The notes under the pieces: generated by a model
The model's database searches: none
Told to the model about the DNA's origin: nothing
What the model saw: only the letters and a program-made list of their open reading frames with translations
Shown here: positions 45,661 to 60,500 of the stretch, piece after piece
Layout of the letters: every line of letters starts with the position of its first letter
Position numbering within the stretch: the first letter of the stretch is position 1
Assembly (NCBI GenBank): GCA_964016885.1
Contig: OZ024745.1
Location: 8,928,001 to 8,992,000 of the forward strand
Direction: 5' to 3'
Source: Eledone cirrhosa
Taxonomy: Eukaryota
DNA length: 64,000 nucleotides
Program-made: the position numbers and the translations under genes

Positions 45661-48600
45661 TCCCTGACACCCTCTCTCTACTTCCTGACACCCTGTCACC
45701 CTCTCTCTACTTCCTGACACCCTGTCACCCTCTCTCTACTTCCTGACACCCTGTCACCCTCTCTCTACTTCCTGACACCCTGTCACCCTCTCTCTACTTC
45801 CTGACACCCTGTCACCCTCTCTCTACTTCCTGACACCCTGTCACCCTCTCTCTACTTCCTGACACCCTGACACCCTCTCTCTACTTCCTGACACCCTGTC
45901 ACCCTCTCTCTACTTCCTGACACCCTGTCACCCTCTCTCTACTTCCTGACACCCTGTCACCCTCTCTCTACTTCCTGACACCCTGTCACCCACTCTCTAC
46001 TTCCTGACACCCTGTCACCCTCTCTCTACTTCCTGACACCCTGTCACCCTCTCTCTACTTCCTGACACCCTGTCACCCTCTCTCTCTACTTCCTGACACC
46101 CTGACGCCCTCTCTCTACTTCCTGACACCCTGTCACCCTCTCTCTACTTCCTGACACCCTGACACCCTCTCTCTACTTCCTGACACACTGACCCTCTCTC
46201 TCTACTTCCTGACACCCTGTCACCCTCTCTCTACTTCCTGACACCCTGACACCCTCTCTCTACTTCCTGACACCCTGACACCCTCTCTCTACTTCCTGAC
46301 ACCCTGACACCCTCTCTCTACTTCCTGACACCCTGTCACCCTCTCTCTACTTCCTGACACCCTGACACCCTCTCTATACTTCCTGACACCCTGACCCTCT
46401 CTCTCTACTTCCTGACACCCTGTCACCCTCTCTCTACTTACTGACACCCTGTCACCCTCTCTCTACTTCCTGACACCCTGACACCCTCTCTATACTTCCT
46501 GACACCCTGACCCTCTCTCTCTACTTCCTGACACCCTGTCACCCTCTCTCTACTTACTGACACCCTGTCACCCTCTCTCTCTACTTCCTGACACCCTGTC
46601 ACCCTGTCTCTACTTCCTGACACCATGTCACCCTCTCTCTCTACTTCCTGACACCCTGTCACCCTCTCTCTACTTCCTGACACCCTGTCACCCTCTCTCT
46701 CTACTTCCTGACACCCTGTCACCCTGTCTCTACGTCCTGACACCCTGTCACCCTCTCTCTCTACTTCCTGACACCCTGTCGCCTTCTCTCTACTTCCTGA
46801 CACCCTGTCACTACTTCCTGACACCCTGTCACCCTGTCACTACTTCCTGACACCCTGTCACCCTGTCTCAACTTCCTGATACCCTGTCACCCTGTCACTA
46901 CTTCCTGACACCCTGTCACCCTCTCTCTACTTCCTGATACGCGGTCACCTTCTCTCTACTTCCTGACACCCTGTCACCCTCTCTCTACTTCCTGACACCC
47001 TGTCACCCTCTCTCTACTTCCTGACACCCTGTCACCCTCTCTCTACTTCCTGACACCCTGTCACCCTCTCTCTACTTCCTGACACCCTGTCACCCTGTCT
47101 CTACTTCCTGTCACCATGACACCCTGCCTCTACTTCCTGAATCCCTGACACCCTGTCACCCTGACACCCTGACACCCTCTCTCTACTTCCTGACACCCTG
47201 ACACCCTCTCTCTACTTCCTGACACCCTGACACCCTCTCTCTACTTCCTGACACCCTGACACCCTCTCTCTACTTCCTGTCACCCTGACACCCTGACACC
47301 CTCTCACTACTTCCTGACACCCTGTCACCCTGTCTCTACTTCCTGTCACCATGACACCCTGCCTCTACTTCCTGAATCCCTGACACCCTGTCACCCTGAC
47401 ACCCTGACACCCTCTCTCTACTTCCTGACACCCTGACACCCTCTCTCTACTTCCTGACACCCTGACACCCTCTCTCTACTTCCTGACACCCTGACACCCT
47501 CTCTCTACTTCCTGACACCCTGACACCCTCTCTCTACTTCCTGACACCCTGACACCCTCTCTCTACTTCCTGTCACCCTGACACCCTGACACCCTCTCAC
47601 TACTTCCTGACACCCTGTCACCCTCTCTCTACTTCCTGTCACCATGACACCCTGCCTCTACTTCCTGAATCCCTGACACCCTGTCACCCTGACACCCTGA
47701 CACCCCCTCTCTACTTCCTGACACCCTGACACCCTCTCTCTACTTCCTGACACCCTGACACCCTCTCTCTACTTCCTGTCACCCTGACACCCTGACACCC
47801 TCTCACTACTTCCTGACACTCTGTCACCCTGTCTCTACTTCCTGTCACCATGACACCCTGCCTCTACTTCCTGAATTCCTGACACCCTGTCACCCTGACA
47901 CCCTGACACCCTCTCTCTACTTCCTGACACCCTGACACCCTCTCTCTACTTCCTGACACCCTGACACCCTCTATCTACTTCCTGTCACCCTGACACCCTC
48001 TCTCTACTTTCTGACACCCTGACACCCTCTCTCTACTTCCTGACACCCTGACACCCTCTCTCTACTTCCTGTCACCCTGACACCCTGTCACCCTCTCTCT
48101 ACTTCCTGACACCCTGTCACCCTGTCTCTACTTCCTGTCACCATGACACCCTGCCTCTACTTCCTGAATCCCTGACACCCTGTCACCCTGACACCCTGAC
48201 ACCCTCTCTCTACTTCCTGACACCCTGACACTCTCTCTCTACTTCCTGACACCCTGACACCCTCTCTCTACTTCCTGTCACCCTGACACCCTGACACCCT
48301 CTCACTACTTCCTGACACCCTGTCACCCTGTCTCTATTTCCTGTCACCATGACACCCTGCCTCTACTTCCTGAATCCCTGACACCCTGGCACCCTGACAC
48401 CCTGACACCCTCTCTCTACTTCCTGACACCCTGACACCCTCTCTCTACTTCCTGACACCCTGACACCCTCTCTCTACTTCCTGTCACCCTGACACCCTGA
48501 CACCCTCTCACTACTTCCTGACACCCTGTCACCCTGTCTCTAATTCCTGTCACCATGACACCCTGCCTCTACTTCCTGAATCCCTGACACCCTGTCACCC

Positions 48601-51215
48601 TGACACCCTGACACCCTCTCTCTACTTCCTGACACCCTGACACCCTCTCTCTACTTCCTGACACCCTGACACCCTCTCTCTACTTCCTGTCACCCTGACA
48701 CCCTGTCACCCTCTCTCTACTTCCTGACACCCTGTCACCCTCTCTCTACTTCCTGTCACCATGACACCCTGCCTCTACTTCCTGAATCCCTGACACCCTG
48801 TCACCCTGACACCCTGACACCCTCTCTCTACTTCCTGACACCCTGACACCCTCTCTCTACTTCCTGACACCCTGACACCCTCTCTCTACTTCCTGTCACC
48901 CTGACACCCTGTCACCCTCTCTCTACTTCCTGACACCCTGTCACCCTGTCTCTACTTCCTGTCACCATGACACCCTGCCTCTACTTCCTGACACCCTGTC
49001 ACCCTGACACCCTGACACCCTCTCTCTACTTCCTGACACCCTGACACCCTCTCTCTACTTCCTGACACCCTGACACCCTCTCTCTACTTCCTGTCACCCT
49101 CTCTCTACTTCCTGTCACCATGACACCCTGCCTCTACTTCCTGAATCCCTGACACCCTGTCACCCTGACACCCTGACACCCTCTCTCTACTTCCTGACAC
49201 CCTGACACCCTCTCTCTACTTCCTGACACCCTGACACCCTCTCTCTACTTCCTGTCACCCTGACACCCTGTCACCCTCTCTCTACTTCCTGACACCCTGT
49301 CACCCTGTCTCTACTTCCTGTCACCATGACACCCTGCCTCTACTTCCTGAATCCCTGACACCCTGTCACCCTGACACCCTGTCACCCTCTCTCTACTTCC
49401 TGACACCCTGTCACCCTGTCTCTACTTCCTGTCACCATGACACCCTGCCTCTACTTCCTGAATCCCTGACACCCTGTCACCCTGACACCCTGACACCCTC
49501 TCTCTACTTCCTGACACCCTGACACCCTCTCTCTACTTCCTGACACCCTGACACCCTCTATCTACTTCCTGTCACCCTGACACCCTGACACCCTGACACC
49601 CTCTCACTACTTCTTGACACCCTGTCACCCTGTCTCTACTTCCTGTCACCATGACACCCTGCCTCTACTTCCTGAATCCCTGACACCCTGTCACCCTGAC
49701 ACCCTGACACCCTCTCTCTACTTCCTGACACCCTGACACCCTCTCTCTACTTCCTGACACCCTGACACCCTCTCTCTACTTCCTGACACCCTGACACCCT
49801 CTCTCTACTTCCTGACACCCTGTCACCCTGTCTCTACTTCCTGTCACCCTGACACCCTGACACCCTCTCACTACTTCCTGACACCCTGTCACCCTGTCTC
49901 TACTTCCTGTCACCATGACACCCTGCCTCTACTTCCTGAATCCCTGACACCCTGTCACCCTGACACCCTGACACCCTCTCTCTACTTCCTGACACCCTGA
50001 CACCCTCTCTCTACTTCCTGACACCCTGTCACCCTGACACCCTGACACCCTCTCACTACTTCCTGACACCCTGTCACCCTGTCTCAACTTCCTGACACCC
50101 TGACACCCTCTCTCTACTTCCTGACACCCTGTCACCCTCTCTCTACTTCCTGACACCCTGACACCCTCTCTCTACTTCCTGACACCCTGTCACCCTCTCT
50201 CTACTTCCTGACACCCTGTCACCCTCTCTCTACTTCCTGACACACTGACACCCTCTCTCTACTTCCTGTCACCCTGACACCCTCTCTCTACTTCCTGACA
50301 CCCTGTCACCCTCTCTCTACTTCCTGTCACCCTGACACCCTGACACCCTCTCACTACTTCCTGACACCCTGTCACCCTCTCTCTACTTCCTGTCACCATG
50401 ACACCCGGCCTCTACTTCCTGAATCCCTGACACCCTGTCACCCTGACACCCTGACACCCTCTCTCTACTTCCTGACACCCTGACACCCTCTCTCTACTTC
50501 CTGTCACCCTGACACCCTGACACCCTCTCACTACTTCCTGACACCCTGTCACCCTCTCTCTACTTCCTGACACACTGACACCCTCTCTCTACTTCCTGAC
50601 ACCCTGACACCCTCTCTCTACTTCCTGACACCCTGTCACCCTCTCTCTACTTCCTGACACCCTGTCACCCTCTCTCTACTTCCTGACACCCTGTCACACT
50701 GTCTCTACTTCCTGTCACCATGACACCCTGCCTCTACTTCCTGAATCCCTGACACCCTGTCACCCTGACACCCTGACCCCCTCTCTCTACTTCCTGACAC
50801 CCTGACACCCTCTCTCTACTACCTGACACCCTGTCACCCTGACACCCTGACACCCTCTCACTACTTCCTGACACCCTGTCACCCTGTCTCAACTTCCTGA
50901 CACCCTGACACCCTCTCTCTACTTCCTGACACCCTGTCACCCTCTCTCTACTTCCTGACACCCTGACACCCTCTCTCTACTTCCTGACACCCTGTCACCC
51001 TCTCTCTACTTCCTGACACCCTGTCACCCTCTCTCTACTTCCTGACACCCTGACACCCTCTCTCTACTTCCTGACACCCTGTCACCCTCTCTCTACTTCC
51101 TGACACCCTGACACCCTCTCTCTACTTCCTGACACCCTGTCACCCTGTCTCTACTTCCTGACACCCTGTCACCCTCTCTCTACTTCCTGACACCCTGTCA
51201 CCCTCTCTCTACTTC
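45661..51215. repeat. Satellite with 29-bp unit CCTGACACCCTG(T/A)CACCCTCTCTCTACTT and higher-order variants; recurs at 52645-52870
   Basis: Directly visible tandem array. Confidence 0.95.
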
Positions 51216-54045
51216 TCTCACCTCTATCATGTCTCTCTCTCTACCTCTCTCATGTCTCTCTCTGCCTCTCTCTCTACCTCTCTCATGTCTCTCTCTACCT
51301 CTTTCACCTCTATCCTGTCTCTCTCTACCTCGTCTTTACCTCTCTCACCTCTATCATGTCTCTCTCTAACTCTCTCTCTACCTCTCTCATGTCTCTCTCT
51401 TCCTCTCTCACCTCTATCATGTCTCTCTCTCTACTTCTCTCTCTACCTCTCTCACCTCTATCATTCTCTCTTTACCTCTCTCTCTACCTCTCTCACCTCT
51501 ATCATGTCACTCTACCTCTCTCTCTACCTCTCGCATGTCTCTCTCTACTTCGCTCACTACCTCTCTCACCTCTATCGTGTCTCTCTCTACCTCACTCTCT
51601 ACCTCTCTCAACTCTCTCATGTCTCTCTCTACCTCTCGCAACTCTCTCATGTCTCTCTCTACCTCTCTCTACCTCTCTCCCTACCTCTCTCACGTCTATC
51701 ATGTCTCTCTCTACCTTTCTCACCTCTATCATGTCTCTCTCTACCTCTCTCAACTCTCTCATGTCTCTCTCTACCTCTCTATCTACCTATCTCACTTCTA
51801 TCATGTCTCTGTCTACCTCTCTCACCTCTATCATGTCTCTCTACCTCTCTCTCTCTACCTCTCTCTCTCTACCTCTCTCAACTCTCTCATGTCACTCTCT
51901 ACCTCTCTAACTACCTCTCTCACCTCTATCATGTCTCTCTCTACCTATCTCAACTCACTCATGTCTCTCTCTACCACTCTATCTAAGTCTCTCACCTCTA
52001 TCATGTCTCTCTCTCCCTACCTCTCTCACGTCTATCATGTCTCTCTCTACCTCTCTCACCTCTATCATGTCTCTCTCTACCTCTCTCTCTACCTCTCTCA
52101 TGTCTCTCTCTACCTCTCTCTCTACCTCTCTCTCTACCTCTCTCATGTCTCTCTCTCCTCTATCATGTCTCTCTCTACCTCTCTCTCTACCTTTCTCACC
52201 TCTATCATGTCTCTCTCAACTCTCTCATGTCTCTCTCTACCTCTCTATCTACCTCTCTCACTTCTATCATGTCTCTGTGTACCTCTCTCACCTCTATCAT
52301 GTCTCTCTACCTCTCTCTCTCTCTACCTCTCTCTCTCTACCTCTCTCAACTCTCTCATGTCTCTCTCAACCTCTCTATCTACCTCTCTCACCTCTATAAT
52401 GTGTCTCTCTACCTCTCTCCCTACCTCTCTCACCTCTATCATGTCTCTCTCTCTACCTCTATCTCTCTCCCTACCTTTCTCACCTCTATCATGTCTCTCT
52501 CTCTACCTCTGTCTCTACCTCCCTCATGTCTTTCTCTACCTCTCTCAACTCTCTCATGTCTCTCTCTACCTCTCTCACCTCTATCATGTCTCTCTCTACC
52601 TCTCTCACCTCTATCATGTCTCTCTCTACCTCTCTCTCTACCTCTGTAACCCTGTCACCCTCTCTCTACTTCCTGACACCCTGACACCCTCTCTCTACTT
52701 CCTGACACCCTGTCACGCTCTCTCTACTTCCTGACACCCTGTCACCTCCAAATAAACATTCCTGACACCCTCTCTCTCTTTCCTGACACCCTGTCACCCT
52801 GTCTCTACTTCCTGACACCCTGTCACCTCTCTCTCTACTTTCTGACCCCCTGTCACCCTCTCTCTACTTCTCTCACCTCTATCATGTCTCTCTCACTACC
52901 ACTCTCATGTCTCTCTCTACCTCTCTCTCTACCTCTCTCTCTACCTCTCTCACCTCTATCATGTCTCTCTCTACCTCTCTCTCTACTCTCTCATGTCGCT
53001 CTCTGCCTCTCTCTGCTCTCTCTACCTCTCTCTACCTCTCTCACCTCTATCATGTCTCTCTTTACCTCTCTCTCTACCTCTCTCATGTCTCTCTATACCT
53101 CTCTCTCTACCTCTCTACCTCTCTCTACCTCTCTCACCTCTAACATGTCTCTCTTTACCTCTCTCTCAACCTCTCTCATGTCTCAACTACCTCTCTCTCT
53201 ACCTCTCTTACCTCTATCATGTCTCTCTCTACCTCTCTCTCTACCTCTCTCTACCTCTCTCACCTCTATCATGTCTGTCTTTACCTCTCGCTCTACCTCT
53301 CTCTCTACCTCTCACTACCTCTCTCACCTCTATCATGTCTCTCTTTACCTCTCTCTCTACCTCTCTCATGTCTCTCTCTACCTATCTCTCTATCTCTCTC
53401 ACCTCTATCATATCTCTCTCTACCTCTCTCACCTCTATCATGTCTCTCTCTACCTCTCTCATGTCTCTCTCTACCTCTCTCTCTACCTCTCTCACCTCTA
53501 TCATGTCTCTCTCTACCTCTCTCTCTGCCTCTCTCTACCTCTCTCACCTCTATCATGTCTTTCTCTACCTTTCTCTCTACCTCTCTCTACCTCTCTCACC
53601 TCTATCATGTCTCTCTACCTCTCTCTCTACTTCTCTCTCTACCTCTCTCACCTCTATCATGTCTCCCTCTACTTCTCTCAACTCTCTCATGTTTCTCTCT
53701 ACCTCTCTCAACTCTCTCGTTTCCCTCTCTCTCTACCTCTCTCACTTCTATCATGTCTCTCTCTACCTCTCTCTATCTTTCTCACCTCTATCATGTCTCT
53801 CTCTCTACCTCTCTCTCTACCTCTCTCAACTCTCTGATGTCTCTCCCTACCTCTCTCCCTACCTCTCGTACCTCTATCATGTCTCTCTCTACTTCTCTCT
53901 CTACCTCTCTCAACTCTATCATGTCTCTCTCTACCTCTCTCTCTACCTCTCTCACCTCTTTCATGTATCTCTCTACCTCTCTCCCTACCTCTCTCTCTAC
54001 CTCTCTCTCTACCTCTCTCTCTCTACCTCTCTCACCTCTATCTGC
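51216..54045. repeat. Pyrimidine-rich degenerate satellite (CTCTCTACCTCTCTCACCTCTATCATGT)
   Basis: Directly visible; source of the S/L-rich spurious ORFs. Confidence 0.93.
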
Positions 54046-54132
54046 CCCTGAAACAACCACTAAGTTCCGTCATTTATCCTCAGAATTGAATCACTGATTT
54101 TTTTTGTTTTAATTCTGCAATAATCGAGTGAA

Positions 54133-54280
54133 GGCACATGACTAGGCACGTGACTAGGCACGTGACTTGGTGGTTAGGGAATTGGATTCATAATTGTGAG
54201 GTTTCAAGTTCCATTCCCGGAACTGGTGATGCGTTATGTCCTTGAGGAAGAGACTTTATTTCAGGTGGCTCTATCTACCA
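54133..54280 (+). mobile_element. Degraded tRNA-derived SINE of a second family
   Basis: A-box-like TGACTTGGTGG, B-box-like AAGTTCCATTCC, then GCGTTATGTCCTTGAGGAAGAGACTTTATTTC (CORE-like). Confidence 0.55.
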
Positions 54281-54549
54281 GGAGTTACAACCGGTAGATA
54301 GTAGCAACAATGGAAAGACCAATGGAAACATTGTTTCCTTGGTCCGATTTGACGAGTTCCACCTCATTTGGTAAGGGCTGGGATCTTGTCCATAGATTCC
54401 TGTTGTAGTCGATTTCTTGAAGCGGAACATTGACACAATCAGTAAGGATTTGAAAACAGTATTTCCATTATTGATGTTAATCTAATTGGAACATTAGCTT
54501 TAGCCTACAGACCGCCATAGGGATGTTTGTAATGTAACACACTGATTAA

Positions 54550-57500
54550 TTGTCAAGTTAGTGTCACCATATGTAATATAGTTAGTGTCAAGTTAGTGTC
54601 ATCATATGTAATATAGTTAGTGTCAAGTTAGTGTCATCATATGTAATATAGTTAGTGTCAAGTTAGTGTCATCATATGTAATATAGTTAGTGTCAAGTTA
54701 GTGTCATCATATGTAATATAGTTAGTGTCAAGTTAGTGTCATCATATGTAATATAGTGTCAAGTTAGTGTCACCATATGTAATATAGTTAGTGTCAAGTT
54801 AGTGTCATCATATGTAATATAGTTAGTGTCAAGTTAGTGTCATCATATGTAATATAGTTAGAGTCAAGTTAGTGTCACTATATGTAATATAGTTAGTGTC
54901 AATTTAGTGTCATCATATATAATATAGTTAGTGTCAAGTTAGTGTCATCATATGTAATATAGTTAGTGTCAAGTTAGTGTCATCATATGTAATATAGTGT
55001 CAAGTTAGTGTCATCATATGTAATATATTGTGAAGTTAGTGTCATCATATGTAATATAGTGTCAAGTTAGTGTCATCATATGTAATATAGTGTCAAGTTA
55101 GTGTCATCATATGTAATATAGTGTCAAGTTATTGTCATCATATGTAATATAGTGTCAAGTTAGTGTCATCATATGTAATATAGTGTCAAGTTAGTGTCAT
55201 CATATGTAATATAGTTAGTGTCAAGTTAGTGTCAAGTTAGTGTCATCATATGTAATATAGTTAGTGTCATCATATGTAATATAGTATCAAGTTAGTGTCA
55301 TCATAAATAATATAGTGTCAGGTTAGTGTCATCATATGTAATATAGTTAGTGTCATCATATGTAATATAGTTAGTGTCATCATATGTAATATAGTTGGTG
55401 TCAAGTTAGTGTCATCATATGTAATATAGTGTCAAGTTAGTGTCACCATATGTAATATAGTTAGTGTCAGGTTAGTGTCATAATATGTAATATAGTTAGT
55501 GTCAAGTTAGTGTCATCATATGTAATATAGTATCAGGTTAGTGTCATCATATGTAATATAGTTAGTGTCATCATATGTAATATAGTGCCTAGTTACTGTC
55601 ACCATATGTAATATAGTTAGTGTCAGGTTAGTGTCATAATATGTAATATAGTTAGTGTCAAGTTAGTGTCATCATATGTAATATAGTATCAGGTTAGTGT
55701 CATCATATGTAATATAGTGTCAAGTTAGTGTCATCATATGTAATTTAGTGTCAAGTAAGTGTCATCATATGTAATATAGTTAGTGTAAGGTTAGTGTCAT
55801 CATATGTACTATAGTTAGTGTTAAGTTAGTGTCATCATATGTAATATAATTATTTTGAAGTTAGTGTCACCATATGTAATATAGTTAGTGTCATCATATG
55901 TAATATAGTGTCAAGTTAGTGTCACAATATGTAATATAGTGTCAGGTTAGTGTCATCATATGTAATATAGTGTCAGGTTAGTGTCATCATATGTAATATA
56001 GTGTCAAGTTAGTGTCATCATATGTAATATAGTTAGTGCCATTTAATGTCACCATATGTAATATAGTTACTGTCAAGTTAGTGTCACCATATGTAATATA
56101 GTGTCAGGTTAGTGTCATCATATGTAATATAGTGTCAAGTTAGTGTCATCATATGTAATATAGTGTCAAGTTAGTGTCATCATATGTAATATAGTGTCAA
56201 GTTAGTGTCATCATATGTAATATAGTTAGTGTCAAGTTAGTGTCATCATATGTAATATAGTGTCAAGTTAGTGTCATCATATGTAATATAGTATCAAGTT
56301 AGTGTCATCATATGTAATATAGTGTCAAGTTAGTGTCATCATATGTAATATAGTTAGTGTCATCATATGTAAGATAGTGTCAAGTTAGTGTCACAATATG
56401 TAATATAGTTAGTGTCAGGTTAGTGTCATAATATGTAATATAGTTAGTGTCAAGTTAGTGTCATCATATGTAATATAGGGTCAAGTTAGTGTCATCATAT
56501 GTAATATAGTGTCAAGTTAGTGTCACTATATGTGATATAGTGTCAAGATAGTGTCACCATATGTAATATAGTGTCAAGTTAGTGTCATCATATGTAATAT
56601 AGGGTCAAGTTAGTGTCATCATGTGTAATATAGTGTCAAGTTAGTGTCATCATATGTAATATAGGGTCAAGTTAGTGTCATCATATGTAATATAGTGTCA
56701 AGTTAGTGTCACTATATGTAATATAGTGTCAAGTTACTGTCACCATATGTAATAAAGTGTCAAGTTAGTGTCATCATATGTAATATGGTGTCAAGTTAGT
56801 GTCATCGTATGTAATATAGTGTCAAGTTAGTGTCATCATATGTAATATAGTTAGTGTCAAGTTAGTGTCATCATATGTAATATAGTATCAAGTTAGTGTC
56901 ATCATAAATAATATAGTGTCAGGTTAGTGTCATCATGTGTAATATATTTAGTGTCATCATATGTAATATAGTTAGTGTCATCATATGTAATATAGTTAGT
57001 GTCAATTTAGTGTCATCATATGTAATAGAATATCAAGTTAGTGTCATCATATGTAATATAGTGTTAAGTTAGTGTCATCATATGTAATATAGTGTCAAGT
57101 TAGTGTCATCATATGTAATATAGTTAGTGTCATCATATGTAATATAGTGTCAAGTTAGTGTCACCATATGTAATATAGTTAGTGTCAGGTTAGTGTCATA
57201 ATATGTAATATAGTTAGTGTCAAGTTAGTGTCATCATATGTAATTTAGTGTCAAGTTAGTGTCACCATATGTAATATAGTGTCAAGTTAGTGTCATCATA
57301 TGTAATTTAGTGTCAAGTTAGTGCCACCATATGTAATAAAGTTAGTGTCAGGTTAGTGTCATCATATGTAATATAGTGTCAAGTTAGTGTCACTATATGT
57401 AATATAGTGTCAGGTTAGTGTCATCATATGTAATATAGGGTCAAGTTAGTGTCATCATATGTAATATAGGGTCAAGTTAGTGTCATCATATGTAATATAG

Positions 57501-60500
57501 TGTCAAGTTAGTGTCACTATATGTAATATAGTGTCAGGTTAGTGTCATCATATGTAATATAGGGTCAAGTTAGTGTCATCATATGTAATATAGTGTCAAG
57601 TTAGTGTCACTATATGTAATATAGTGTCAAGTTAGTGTCACCATATGTAATATAGTGTCAAGTTAGTGTCATCATATGTAATATAGTGTCAAGTTAGTGT
57701 CATCATATGTAATATAGGGTCAAGTTAGTGTCATCATGTGTAGTATAGTGTCAAGTTAGTGTCATCATATGTAATATAGGGTCAAGTTAGTGTCATCATA
57801 TGTAATATAGTTTCAAGTTAGTGTCACTATATGTAATATAGTGTCAAGTTAGTGTCACCATATGTAATAAAGTGTCAGGTTAGTGTCATCATATGTAATA
57901 TGGTGTCAAGTTAGTGTCATCGTATGTAATATAGTGTCAAGTTAGTGTCATCATATGTAATATAGTTAGTGTCAAGTTAGTGTCATCATATGTAATATAG
58001 TATCAAGTTAGTGTCATCATAAATAATATAGTGTCAGGTTAGTGTCATCATATGTAATATATTTAGTGTCATCATATGTAATATAGTTAGTGTCATCATA
58101 TATAATATAGTTAGTGTCAATTTAGTGTCATCATATGTAATAGAGTATCAAGTTAGTGTCATCATATGTAATATAGGGTTAAGTTAGTGTCATCATATGT
58201 AATATAGTGTCAAGTTAGTGTCATCATATGTAATATAGTTAGTGTCATCATATGTAATATAGTGTCAAGTTAGTGTCACCATATGTAATATAGTTAGTGT
58301 CAGGTTAGTGTCATAATATGTAATATAGTTAGTGTCAAGTTAGTGTCATCATATGTAATATAGTGTCAAGTTAGTGTCATCATATGTAATATAGTTAGTG
58401 TCAAGTTAGTGTCATCATATGTAATATAGTGTCAAGTTAGTGTCATCATATGTAATATAGTTAGTGTCATCATATGTAATATAGTATCAAGTTAGTGTCA
58501 TCATAAATAATATAGTGTCATCATATGTAATATAGTTAGTGTCATCATATGTAATATAGTTAGTGTCATCATATGTAATATAGTTAGTGTCAAGTTAGTG
58601 TCATCATATGTAATAGAGTATCAAGTTAGTGTCATCATATGTAATATAGTTAGTGTCATCATATGTAATATAGTGTAAAGTTAGTGTCACCATATGTAAT
58701 ATAGTTAGTGTCAGGTTAGTGTCATAATATGTAATATAGTTAGTGTCAAGTTAGTGTCATCATATGTAATATAGTGTCAGGTTAGTGTCATCATATGTAA
58801 TATAGTGTCAAGTTAGTGTCATAATATGAAATTTAGTGTCAAGTTAGTGTCACCATATGTAATATAGTTAGTGTCAGGTTAGTGTCATAATATGTAATAT
58901 AGTTAGTGTCAAGTTAGTGTCATCATATGTAATATAGGGTCAAGTTAGTGTCATCATATGTAATATAGTGTCAAGTTAGTGTCATCATATGTAATATAGG
59001 ATCAAGTTAGTGTCATCATATGTAATATAGTGTCAAGTTAGTGTCACTATATGTAATATAGTGTCAAGTTAGTGTCAGCATATGTAATATAGTGTCAAGT
59101 TAGTGTCATCATAGGTAATATAGTGTCAAGTTAGTGTCATCATATGTAATATAGTGTCAAGTTAGTGTCACTATATGTAATATAGTGTCAAGTTAGTGTC
59201 ACCATATGTAATATAGTGTCAAGTTAGTGTCATCATATGTAATATAGTGTCAAGTTAGTGTCATCATATGTAATATAGGGTCAAGTTAGTGTCATCATAT
59301 GTAATATAGTGTCAAGTTAGTGTCACTATATGTAATATAGTGTCAAGTTAGTGTCATCATAGGTAATATTGGGTCAAGTTAGTGTCATCATATGTAATAT
59401 AGTGTCAAGTTAGTGTCACTATATGTAATATAGTGTCAGGTTAGTGTCATCATATGTAATATAGGGTCAAGTTAGTGTCATCATATGTAATATAGGGTCA
59501 AGTTAGTTTCATCATATGTAATATAGTGTCAAGTTAGTGTCACTATATGTAATATAGTGTCAAGTTAGTGTCACCATATGTAATATAGTGTCAAGTTAGT
59601 GTCATCATATGTAATATAGTGTCAAGTTAGTGTCATCATATGTAATATAGGGTCAAGTTAGTGTCATCATATGTAATATAGTGTCAAGTTAGTGTCACTA
59701 TATGTAATATAGTGTCAAGTTAGTGTCATCATATGTAATATTGGGTCAAGTTAGTGTCATTATATGTAATATAGTGTCAAGTTAGTGTCACTATATGTAA
59801 TATAGTGTCAAGTTAGTGTCACCATATGTAATATAGTGTCAAGTTAGTGTCATCATATGTAATATAGTGTCAGGTTAGTGTCATCATATGTAATATAGGG
59901 TCAGGTTAGTGTCATCATATGCAATATAGTGTCAAGTTAGTGTCACTATATGTAATATAGTGTCAAGTTAGTGTCACCATATGTAATATAGTGCCAAGTT
60001 AGTGTCATCATATGTAATATGGTGTCAAGTTTGTGTCATCATATGTAATATAGTGTCAAGTTAGTGTCATCATATGTAATATAGTTAGTGTCAAGTTAGT
60101 GTCATCATATGTAATATAGTTAGTGTCAAGTTAGTGTCATCATATGTAATAGAGTATCAAGTTAGTGTCATCATGAGTAACATCGTGTTAAGTTAGTGTC
60201 ATCATATGTAATATAGTGTCAAGTTAGTTTCATCATATGTAATATAGTTAGTGTCATCATATGTAATATAGTGTCAAGTTAGTGTCACCATATGTAATAT
60301 AGTTAGTGTCAGGTTAGTGTCATAGTATGTAATATAGTTAGTGTCAAGTTAGTGTCATCATATGTAATATAGGGTCAAGTTAGTGTCATCATATATAATA
60401 TAGTGTCAAGTTAGTGTCATCATATGTAATTTAGTGTCAAGTTAGTGTCACCATATGTAATATAGTGTCAAGTTAGTGTCATCATATGTAATTTAGTGTC

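Noticed and set aside
51252-54097. Multiple 200-400-aa S/L-rich ORFs
   Set aside because: Pyrimidine satellite open in several frames; artefact.
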